A stretch of 22,583 nucleotides of DNA from positions 1-22,583 of the forward strand of contig CBFGIV010000037.1 in the NCBI GenBank assembly GCA_965648915.1, read 5' to 3'. This document shows, one piece after another, positions 1 to 7,456 of this stretch. Position 1 is the first letter of the stretch, and each line of letters opens with the position of its first letter. Made by a program: the position numbers and the translations under genes. The notes beneath the pieces are model-generated. The model saw nothing but the letters and a program-made list of their open reading frames with translations, had not been told where the DNA came from and did not search any database. This stretch comes from a candidate division WOR-3 bacterium (GTDB lineage: Bacteria; Hydrothermota; Tepidihabitantia; SM23-42; CAYGYG01).

Positions 1-2
1 TC

Positions 3-1334
3 TTTGAAGGTGGTCGAAGGGCGATCCCGACTGCACCGCGGACCAATGCCGCCAATGTCATCTTCACCCCGCCTAAATTTGTTGAGGCCAAACTCCTGAG
101 CGGCAATCCTGATGCCCAACTGAACATAGATGCCCTCTTCCCGAACCCCTATATGACGCATACCAAGTATACTCTAACCTTTGATTCGATAATGGGTGAT
201 ACGACCGATTTCCGGCTCTGGGCCTATACTGATACCTCAACCGGTGTCACAAGTTACTATGTCCATCCGGTCTACAAATGGAAGTTAAGGAACTATGACC
301 TGCCCGATTCAGTCCTGACCGGTGCCTTCTCTCCTCAGCCCAAGAGCGGTAATGACTATGCCTATCCACTCGATACCGTCTTCTTCCCGGTCTTCAAGAA
401 CGATGGTGTCCAGTTGAGATTCATCTTCAATCAGAAAATACCGGCCAATGATACAACAATAATAAAGGATATCGAGTTTGTCCGGAACCAGGGTGGTTTT
501 CCCGACACCTGGCCGAGGTCGACCGGCTTAGAGGTCTTAGAGCAGGGATATACGACCTGGGCCTATACCGGTGAGGATTATGAGATCCAGTGGGATACAA
601 TCCCGGGTGGTTTTGTCACCTGCCGGGTGAAGGAGATCCGGACCGGTCGTTATCTGCCCTACACCCCCTGTTCTCTGACCAATTCTGCCGAGACCTCTAT
701 CACCAAGGTGAAGCGGATTGCGATGAATGGTGCGGGCTGGTTCTTCCGTGGTGGTTATATTGTGAGCGGGCAGTTTGTGCCGACCGATACGATCCATCGG
801 GAGACGAGGATGGGTCGGGGTACCAAGTATATGTATATTGCGGGTCTGAGGTTTGCGATGAAGATCGACGGTTCTTCAATGGCGCCCGGTGATCCGGTGC
901 CGGCGGTTGGTGATATCTGGCGGGTGATTGTGGGTGATAGTATGAAGATACCTCCACTCCAGTCCTATGAGATCAAAATCGACACCGCCCTCATTGCCTT
1001 AGACAATCAGAAGAAACTGAATGTCAAGGTTGTGCCCAATCCCTATCTCATCACCAATGAGTGGCAGAGGTCGAGGTATCAGCGGAAGTTGAAGTTCATC
1101 AATCTTCCGCCCGAATGCACAATCCGGATCTTTACGACCAATGGTGAACTGATCAAGACTCTCAAACACAGCCAGCGATTAAAAGGTTCAGCCCAGCCCA
1201 ATGAACTGGGTGGTGATGAGTGGTGGGATCTCCTTACCGAATACGGACAGATGCCGGCAAGTGGTGTCTATATCTTCCATGTCTATGCCAAGGATGTAGG
1301 TGAACAGGTTGGAAAGTTTGTCATAATACAATAG
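3..1334 (+). CDS. Large secreted/surface protein, 5'-truncated by the window edge, with a T9SS-like C-terminal sorting domain
   Basis: The frame of the 153..1334 ORF stays open back to position 3 (FEGGRRAIPTAPRTN...), so Met153 is internal. The C-terminus VKVVPNPY...LKFINLPPECTIRIFTTNGELIKTL...WDLLTEYGQMPASGVYIFHV...GKFVIIQ matches the PNP / IF..G.LIK / SGVY / K..I pattern of T9SS type-A/FlgD-like CTDs. Confidence 0.75.
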   Translation, partial: FEGGRRAIPTAPRTNAANVIFTPPKFVEAKLLSGNPDAQLNIDALFPNPYMTHTKYTLTFDSIMGDTTDFRLWAYTDTSTGVTSYYVHPVYKWKLRNYDLPDSVLTGAFSPQPKSGNDYAYPLDTVFFPVFKNDGVQLRFIFNQKIPANDTTIIKDIEFVRNQGGFPDTWPRSTGLEVLEQGYTTWAYTGEDYEIQWDTIPGGFVTCRVKEIRTGRYLPYTPCSLTNSAETSITKVKRIAMNGAGWFFRGGYIVSGQFVPTDTIHRETRMGRGTKYMYIAGLRFAMKIDGSSMAPGDPVPAVGDIWRVIVGDSMKIPPLQSYEIKIDTALIALDNQKKLNVKVVPNPYLITNEWQRSRYQRKLKFINLPPECTIRIFTTNGELIKTLKHSQRLKGSAQPNELGGDEWWDLLTEYGQMPASGVYIFHVYAKDVGEQVGKFVIIQ

Positions 1335-1415
1335 ATCGATCTACACAACCTTTGCTTTTTTATCTGGCGATAAGATTTATCTTTTTTTAATTTCTTACCA
1401 GAGTTATGAATTCAG

Positions 1416-2894
1416 TCAGTCATTTTCAGGTATAGCATCGGATAGGGCTGGATCAACAAATATCACCTCCTCCCTCATAAAAATTACAGTCCCGGGCGGA
1501 CCATTCTTATCCTTCTTTAAATATTTCCGCTCAGTGTAAGAGACCGGAACTTTTCGGGCATTCCTTGCTTTGCTGAAATAGGCAGCAATCGCGCCCGCTT
1601 CATATATATCATATCTTGATGGCTTCTTCTTTGCCGTCCTTAAGACAGTATGAGAACCAGGAAGCCCACGCACATGGAAGAATATATCAAAAGGCCGGGC
1701 AACCTTAAAAGTCAGCTCCTCATTTGTCTTTGCATCCTTACCGACCAGGACCTCAAATCCTCCGCGGGTTAAAAATCGCCGGAAATGTTCGGCTATCCGA
1801 TCCTTCTCCTTTTGTTTAACAGTAGCAATCTTTTCCTCTTTAAAGATACCCTTCTGAAGATTATCGATCTCGCGGTCAATCACTTCCAGTCTCTTTTCTA
1901 AATATGGTATCTTTCTCTTTAATCTCTTATATCGCTCAAAATAGTTCTGGGCATTTCTTTCAAGACTCGATTTTGAATCAAGTATTACCTCAATCTCTTC
2001 CTGCATATTATAAGGATTGAGTAAAATAGCTTTTTCCGAACCGGGTTCAATATTTTTCAAATTTGCCAGGATTGCCTCTCCCATTATTCGAAATTTATCA
2101 GCCTGCCGTGCCTCAAAGATTTCCACTTCGAGTCTGGCTTTAAGTTCCGTAAGTCTTTTCAGTTCAGCCTTTATCTTCCTTTTCCGGGTCTCCTCCTCAA
2201 TTTCTCTTACGAAAGATTCGATGCCAAACTTAAATGCCTCATTAAACCCGGTAAATCGAGAAATCCCTTCCTGAAAAAGGCTCAATCTTAAAGGCCTGAT
2301 CGAAATGATATTTATGGTATAATCCTTACTCTTTATCTTTTCGATAAGTTGTCTTAATCGATTCGGATCTTCAACAATCTCTCGTGCCAGATGACGATCG
2401 ATTCCTTCAATACTATCCACAAGATTTTTGACCCTGTCCGGAGAATTAAGTAGCAAAGAGAGATACTCCCGGTCAACTCTTTCAGGATTCAACTTTTCTC
2501 GACCTAATGGCAGAACCGATTTAAATAAAGCATCGGGCCTGCCCTCACGGTTATAAACAAAAAAATCCTGATGGTTTCTTATAAAAGAGATCGTGACCGA
2601 AAGGTCGCTCGCACCCCGCAGTTTAATTCTCAGTACTGGCCGGTAACCATCCTGTTCCAGACCCTCAATTATTCTGCCTCTGAGATATTTAAATACCAAT
2701 TTAAGTCCTTCAGTCCGTACAACCGGTTTTTGAAAATATAAACCCATCGCCTCAGGAATGAATGAGATAACAATCTGTCCATTGCTCAAATCTAAATAGA
2801 CCAGCCGTTCACTTAAGAAAATTCTCTTGATCCTTGCACCTTTAATAATCGATTCCAATTCTCCAATCAAAAAGTTAAGGTATATCCCGTTCAT
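1416..2894 (-). CDS. rqcH: NFACT family protein (RqcH/Rqc2/FbpA-like ribosome quality control factor)
   Basis: Central coiled coil with GEAILANL and NAQNYFERYKRLKR. C-terminal NFACT-R domain: VLVGKDAKTNEELTF...DIFFHVRGLPGSHTVLR...AAYFSKAR...VSYTERKYLKK...PPGTV. Start overlaps the nfo stop (ATGA). Confidence 0.88.
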   Translation of the reverse strand: MNGIYLNFLIGELESIIKGARIKRIFLSERLVYLDLSNGQIVISFIPEAMGLYFQKPVVRTEGLKLVFKYLRGRIIEGLEQDGYRPVLRIKLRGASDLSVTISFIRNHQDFFVYNREGRPDALFKSVLPLGREKLNPERVDREYLSLLLNSPDRVKNLVDSIEGIDRHLAREIVEDPNRLRQLIEKIKSKDYTINIISIRPLRLSLFQEGISRFTGFNEAFKFGIESFVREIEEETRKRKIKAELKRLTELKARLEVEIFEARQADKFRIMGEAILANLKNIEPGSEKAILLNPYNMQEEIEVILDSKSSLERNAQNYFERYKRLKRKIPYLEKRLEVIDREIDNLQKGIFKEEKIATVKQKEKDRIAEHFRRFLTRGGFEVLVGKDAKTNEELTFKVARPFDIFFHVRGLPGSHTVLRTAKKKPSRYDIYEAGAIAAYFSKARNARKVPVSYTERKYLKKDKNGPPGTVIFMREEVIFVDPALSDAIPEND

Positions 2895-3730
2895 CTAACA
2901 AGGCTTCTAATAACCTTCATATTCTTCAGGTCTTCTTTGGTATCAGTCCGGGGAGTCTCCATTATACCAGGTAGATTTTTGAATGCGGGATGGTTAACGA
3001 TCAGTCTGAAGCCATCAAGACCGATCTCACCTTCACCAATATGCCAGTGCCGGTCCACCTTAGAATTGAAAGGACTTTTTGAATCGTTGAGATGGAGGAG
3101 ATGTAATTTTTTAAGACCGATAAATCGATCAAATTCCTCAACTATCCGACTAATTCCTTCCTGCGTCCTGAAATCATAACCCGCTTCAAAGGCGTGGGCA
3201 ACATCGAGTGTGACCCCGATCCGGGTTGAATCATCTACCTGTTTGATTATATCCCGGATCTGTTCAAAATTATAACCGATCTCGCTCCCGCTACCCGCAG
3301 TATTTTCAAGAAGAACAGTAACATTATTTTTAACCCTGTTTAGAGCCATATTCAATCCACGGGCAACACTCTTAATTGCGGTTTCAACATCACCGCCCAG
3401 ACTGCTACCGACATGGATTATGAGATATTGAGCATTAAGAACCTCGGCCCTTTTCAAATCTTCACAGAGTGAATCTACCGACATTTTAAACAGACTCTTA
3501 TTAGGATTGGCCAGATTGGGCAGGTAGGGCATATGGACGAAAAGGGGATGGATATCGCTTTTTTCAAAATTCTTCTTAAATGCCCTTACTTCCTCATCAT
3601 CAAGTGGCGCATACTTCCAGCCCCGGGGATTTCTTGAAAAAAATTGAATCGTCTTACAACCCCTGACCCTCGCCCTTTCTATGATCTTTGAAAAACCACC
3701 AGCAATCGAGATATGAAAACCGAATCTCAT
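2891..3730 (-). CDS. nfo: Endonuclease IV (AP endonuclease family 2)
   Basis: GFHISIAGG start, IQFFSRNPRGW, and Zn-ligand motifs HMPYLPNL, IIHVGS, LENTAG, LDVAHAF, HLNDSK, DRHWHIGEG, METP. GGAGG RBS upstream. Confidence 0.96.
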   Translation of the reverse strand: MRFGFHISIAGGFSKIIERARVRGCKTIQFFSRNPRGWKYAPLDDEEVRAFKKNFEKSDIHPLFVHMPYLPNLANPNKSLFKMSVDSLCEDLKRAEVLNAQYLIIHVGSSLGGDVETAIKSVARGLNMALNRVKNNVTVLLENTAGSGSEIGYNFEQIRDIIKQVDDSTRIGVTLDVAHAFEAGYDFRTQEGISRIVEEFDRFIGLKKLHLLHLNDSKSPFNSKVDRHWHIGEGEIGLDGFRLIVNHPAFKNLPGIMETPRTDTKEDLKNMKVIRSLVR

Positions 3731-3744
3731 ATAACCTCCACTTA

Positions 3745-3772
3745 ATTATACTATATATCCAACTAAATGCAA
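3745..3772 (-). promoter_or_regulatory. sigma70-type promoter for nfo-rqcH
   Basis: Minus strand reads TTGCAT-16 nt-TATAAT, then GGAGG and ATG. Confidence 0.7.
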
Positions 3773-3860
3773 GTTAAGTTTTGCACTTGTATAGCCAACT
3801 GGACAAAATTATTAACTTTTTTATGGTTAATCTTGAACTTAAGCAATCAAAAAATAAATC

Positions 3861-3888
3861 TTGAATTTAAATTACCCATAAATATAAT
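3861..3888 (+). promoter_or_regulatory. sigma70-type promoter for the beta-helix protein
   Basis: TTGAAT(3861-3866)-16 nt-TATAAT(3883-3888); AGGAGG RBS before ATG 3924. Confidence 0.65.
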
Positions 3889-3923
3889 AATTTGTCTTAT
3901 AAACTATTCTCAAGGAGGCTTTA

Positions 3924-5492
3924 ATGCAGAGATCTTTATGTCTCCTGTTAATAACACTATTTAATCTTGAAGCCCGAATTATAAGAGTCCCCTTTGACTA
4001 CCCAACTATCCAGCAAGGCCTGAATGCGGCCGGTTATGGTGATACCGTAATCGTGGCCCAGGGTAGATACATGGAAAGAATAACCTGGCCCGTAGTTGAT
4101 GGAATTACACTGGACAGCGAAACTGGCGCCACTTCAACCATCATCGATGCTGATACAGGTGGCAGTGTAATTCTCATCGGCTCGGGCATAACCAACAAGA
4201 CCATCATCAACGGCTTCACAATCTGTCGGGGCAAAGCGACCAGTGGTGCCGGTATCAGACTTAATGATGCATCACCGATCATCAGCAATAACTGGATCTT
4301 AAATAACATTGTCACCGGCAGTAACTATTCTTACGGCGGTGGTATATACTGTGGAGGATCAAACGGTAGTTCACCAGTTATTTACGCCAATTTAATTACC
4401 GGCAATAAGGTTCTCGGAACAAATTGGAACCATGGGGGTGGTATCTATATTGGCCGGAATTCAAATGCAATTATCGCTTTCAACACAATTGAACAGGACT
4501 CAGCAATCGGTGGCTACTGGAACTACGGTGCCGGCATCTACTGTGATATGAATTCATCACCAACCATTTATCAGAACCTGATCAGGGCAAATATCGGTTA
4601 CGGTGGCGATCGAGCCCACGGATCGGGGATCTATGTAAGTACGAGATCGTTTCCGGTTATCTTTAACAACCTCGTCATCGATAACCGAGCCAATAGTGGT
4701 TACTGGAACTATGGCGCTGGCCTTCGCGTCGATTCAGGTGGTATTATTATCAATAATACAATCGCCAGCAATGTCTGCACCGGAGGAACCTGGAACTACG
4801 GCGGCGGTATCTTTCTCGACGGAATAAATAATTATATCTATAACAACATAATCGTCAATAATCAAGGTGGTGGTATTTATAACTATGACCCCAATCCCCT
4901 TCAATTGATTGACTATAACAATGTCTGGAACAACTCACCAACCAATTACTATAATTGCACTCCCGGCCCAAATGACCGTTCCCGTGATCCACTTTTTGTC
5001 GCCGGTACCCGGGGCAGTTTCTATTTAAGTCAGATTCGGGCTGGCCAGCCAGTCCAGAGCCCCTGTGTCGATTCAGGCGGCCCGCTTAATGAGAGCCTGA
5101 TGGTTTATATCAGGACTTCGACGACCCGGACTGATTCGGTCCCAGATTCGAACAATGTCGATATGGGTTACCATTATCCGATCGGTCAGCCAGTCTGGAT
5201 CGGCGAGGAGGTTCTTATGCATCCTACGGCTGAAGCAATAACACTCAGTGTCGCACCCAATCCTTTCCGGATGAAGACTAAGATCAACTTCCCCATCGGG
5301 CAAAACCGAAAAGGCATCGAACTGAAAATTTATGATATATCCGGAAAACTGATTAAATCTTTCTATCCGAAATCTGCCGTCTTATGGTCGGGTGATGATG
5401 ATCAGGGCCGTCTACTACCCCGGGGTGTCTATTTTATTCGATTATCCTCCGGAAATAAATCAATCAGTCAAAAAGTTATAATTCTGAGGTAA
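3924..5492 (+). CDS. Secreted right-handed parallel beta-helix repeat protein with a T9SS/FlgD-like C-terminal domain
   Basis: N-terminal hydrophobic signal-like segment and a VPFDYPTIQQGLNAA cap motif. Repeated N-rich coils with GGGIY/GAGIY motifs (NYSYGGGIYC, NWNHGGGIYI, YWNYGAGIYC, YWNYGAGLRV, TWNYGGGIFL). C-terminus APNPFR...LKIYDISGKLIK...WSGDDDQGRLLPRGVYFIRL...KVIILR. Confidence 0.85.
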   Translation: MQRSLCLLLITLFNLEARIIRVPFDYPTIQQGLNAAGYGDTVIVAQGRYMERITWPVVDGITLDSETGATSTIIDADTGGSVILIGSGITNKTIINGFTICRGKATSGAGIRLNDASPIISNNWILNNIVTGSNYSYGGGIYCGGSNGSSPVIYANLITGNKVLGTNWNHGGGIYIGRNSNAIIAFNTIEQDSAIGGYWNYGAGIYCDMNSSPTIYQNLIRANIGYGGDRAHGSGIYVSTRSFPVIFNNLVIDNRANSGYWNYGAGLRVDSGGIIINNTIASNVCTGGTWNYGGGIFLDGINNYIYNNIIVNNQGGGIYNYDPNPLQLIDYNNVWNNSPTNYYNCTPGPNDRSRDPLFVAGTRGSFYLSQIRAGQPVQSPCVDSGGPLNESLMVYIRTSTTRTDSVPDSNNVDMGYHYPIGQPVWIGEEVLMHPTAEAITLSVAPNPFRMKTKINFPIGQNRKGIELKIYDISGKLIKSFYPKSAVLWSGDDDQGRLLPRGVYFIRLSSGNKSISQKVIILR

Positions 5493-5543
5493 TAAAAGGC
5501 AATACTTCTGTTCGCATCGATAAAAATCCTGGGGTCAAAATAA

Positions 5544-5571
5544 TTGACATCTACCTTAATCCATTTATAAT
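5544..5571 (+). promoter_or_regulatory. Consensus sigma70 promoter, probably giving a leaderless mRNA
   Basis: TTGACA(5544-5549)-16 nt-TATAAT(5566-5571); GTG start 6 nt downstream with no SD. Confidence 0.75.
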
Positions 5572-5577
5572 CTCGCT

Positions 5578-7059
5578 GTGAAAAATTTCGAAGGCTGGAT
5601 ACTCTTAATCTTACTGATTACTACCCTGATGCCGATCTGGCTATTTAAATACTTCCCCTCCCAGGACGGACCGATGCACTTATATAATGCCCATGTCTTG
5701 AAGAACTATTCAGCCCCGGGCAATCTATTTGCAAAATTTTATCAGATAAATTTTATCTTATTGCCCAATGTCTTCGCTGATCTCATACTATATCTTCTTT
5801 CGCTTTTCTTGCCGATTATGATCGGTGAAAAAGTCTTCCTCTCGATCTACGCCCTTATCTTTCCTCTCAGTATTATCTATTTTATAAAAGCAATAAACCC
5901 TGAATCTCAACTTAAAATCATTGCCCCTCTTTTTACATACAACCTCTTCCTCCTATTCGGCTTCTACAATTTTATCATCAGTTTGCCCCTTTTTTTTCTA
6001 ACCCTCGGTTTCTGGTTCAGGAAGCAAAATCTTTCCCGACCCGCCGGTGTGATCCTGGTCAATCTCCTGTTTTTTTTAACCTATCTCAGCCACCTCTATT
6101 CATCGATTATTTTACTTCTGATAATCTTTCTGCTCGCACTGTTCAAAACTCGAATTTTTGACTTCTTGAAAATACTACCATTGGTCTTTTTAACCATCGT
6201 TCTATCATTATTTATATTAATCTCAGGCGGTCAAATAAGCCATCAGTTCAATCCTGTTTTTTCCCCGATTGTTACTCGGCTCAGTATGCTCTTTTTGCCG
6301 GTTTTCTTAAGATACTATTCAGATATTGAGATTATCCTGGCGTTGAGCCTGACTCTATTTTATATCATCGCCCTGATTCTTTCTTTTAAAAATGTCCTCA
6401 ACCCTTCCCAGAAATGCCTTGTTCTGATTGGATTGATCTTAACCGCTCTCTTCTTTTTAACCCCTTACTGGTACGGGGCTGCCGGATACATCAATGTCCG
6501 TATCCCGATCTTCATCTTTCTCATTCTCACACCGGTTATCTCGATTCCACCCAGGACTCCCTTCAAATCATTAAGCATAATCTATGTCAGCATCTTTATC
6601 ATTGGACATACACTCCACATCTGTAAGATCTGTACCCGGTATAACAAAGGGATTGAAGAGTTGGTATCCGGTATCAGTTATGTCGAGCCGAATTCCCTCT
6701 TCCTCTCAATTATCAAAGATCGACACGGCGGTTCTAAATGGGTGGCACCTTATGCCCACGCCTATTATTATTACCATCTCTCTACAAATGCCATTAATCC
6801 TTATCATCAGGATGGCAATATTCCTCAAAAAGAACTCGAAGCCATTGAAAGACTTTCTATTGTTCAATTAAGAAAAGAATTTAAAAATTTACGGCGGATC
6901 GATTATGCGCAACCTCTGACCAGGCAACAAAAACACCTTAAAGATTACGACTACATCCTTTTATGGGATAAGAGCAGCGAGCCTTTCTTTCTCGAAGACT
7001 ATTTTCTGATTCATAAGACCGGCCACCTTCTTTTATATAAAAATATAAAAAAGCCTTAA
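5578..7059 (+). CDS. Polytopic membrane protein, putative GT-C-fold glycosyltransferase
   Basis: About 10-12 hydrophobic segments; acidic motif PSQDGPMHLYN in the loop after TM1; GFYNF and YLSHLYS motifs; soluble C-terminal domain. The function is an inference. Confidence 0.55.
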   Translation: MKNFEGWILLILLITTLMPIWLFKYFPSQDGPMHLYNAHVLKNYSAPGNLFAKFYQINFILLPNVFADLILYLLSLFLPIMIGEKVFLSIYALIFPLSIIYFIKAINPESQLKIIAPLFTYNLFLLFGFYNFIISLPLFFLTLGFWFRKQNLSRPAGVILVNLLFFLTYLSHLYSSIILLLIIFLLALFKTRIFDFLKILPLVFLTIVLSLFILISGGQISHQFNPVFSPIVTRLSMLFLPVFLRYYSDIEIILALSLTLFYIIALILSFKNVLNPSQKCLVLIGLILTALFFLTPYWYGAAGYINVRIPIFIFLILTPVISIPPRTPFKSLSIIYVSIFIIGHTLHICKICTRYNKGIEELVSGISYVEPNSLFLSIIKDRHGGSKWVAPYAHAYYYYHLSTNAINPYHQDGNIPQKELEAIERLSIVQLRKEFKNLRRIDYAQPLTRQQKHLKDYDYILLWDKSSEPFFLEDYFLIHKTGHLLLYKNIKKP

Positions 7060-7071
7060 AAAACTACGCCA

Positions 7072-7192
7072 CGGGCATTGCTCATCTCCCTCTGCATTCT
7101 GGTCGAGCACCAGAAATACCTCTTCGAATTGAAGGTCAACAGGTCTCCTGAAAGAGATCGGAAATTATTTTAATCTTTCTCTGTTTAAATAA
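7072..7192 (+). pseudogene. Possible eroded fragment of a DnaA-C/TrpR-like HTH of the kind fused to REP-associated tyrosine transposases
   Basis: Two frames give RALLISLC... and LLKEIGNYFNLS...*, with no start codon. It lies just upstream of a GGGGTCA/TGACCCC palindrome. Confidence 0.25.
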
Positions 7193-7254
7193 TGCCTCTG
7201 CCTCTGAAGCCGATCTTTAGAATATATAAAGAAATGTAAAGAAATGGGGTCACC

Positions 7255-7273
7255 TATGAAAAAATTGTATCTC
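7255..7273 (+). repeat. Subterminal inverted repeat, right end (3' of the recombinase)
   Basis: TATGAAAAAATTGTATCTC is the reverse complement of 8528-8546 with one mismatch. Confidence 0.92.
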
Positions 7274-7288
7274 ACCGAAAGTGAGTTA

Positions 7289-7316
7289 ACTATATACTTA
7301 ATTGGTTAATTGTCAA
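7289..7316 (-). promoter_or_regulatory. Outward-facing promoter in the IS right end; would read into the recombinase gene in the circular form
   Basis: Minus strand TTGACA(7316-7311)-16 nt-TATAGT(7294-7289). Confidence 0.65.
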
Positions 7317-7318
7317 GC

Positions 7319-7346
7319 TTGACCTCCTGGTTTTTATCATTATAAT
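7319..7346 (+). promoter_or_regulatory. Inward-facing promoter, antisense to the bridge RNA and recombinase
   Basis: TTGACC(7319-7324)-16 nt-TATAAT(7341-7346). Confidence 0.65.
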
Positions 7347-7456
7347 TAGTCAGTCACCTATCCGCATTCAGGATGCAGTATGTTATTGGACTCCGGTCGC
7401 GCAATCAAATCTGAGGACCTTTAACGGTCATGACCCCAAGGCGCTGACCGGAGTTT
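7345..7456 (-). ncRNA. Predicted bridge RNA/seekRNA with target-binding and donor-binding loops (ends approximate)
   Basis: Minus strand, target loop: stem ACUCCGGUC/GACCGGAGU plus GCGC/GCGC enclose guides UGGGGUCA and AGAUUUGA around hairpin GACC-guuaaa-GGUC. Donor loop: guides AUAACAU and AUAGGUGA around hairpin CUGCAU-ccuga-AUGCGG. The guides match target TGGGG-TCA-AATCT and donor ATAACA-TCA-CCTAT. Confidence 0.85.

Noticed and set aside
1335..1415. Intrinsic terminator between the convergent genes
   Set aside because: Only weak 5-bp AT-rich stems next to T tracts; not enough to call.
3767..3964. 65-aa ORF in the nfo / beta-helix intergenic region
   Set aside because: It runs through AT-rich divergent promoters, has no SD, and overlaps the next gene out of frame.
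5530..5539. TGGGGTCAAA as a second, empty IS target
   Set aside because: It matches only 10 of the 13 guided positions (continues ATA, not TCT), has no partner arm, and sits beside a promoter -35.
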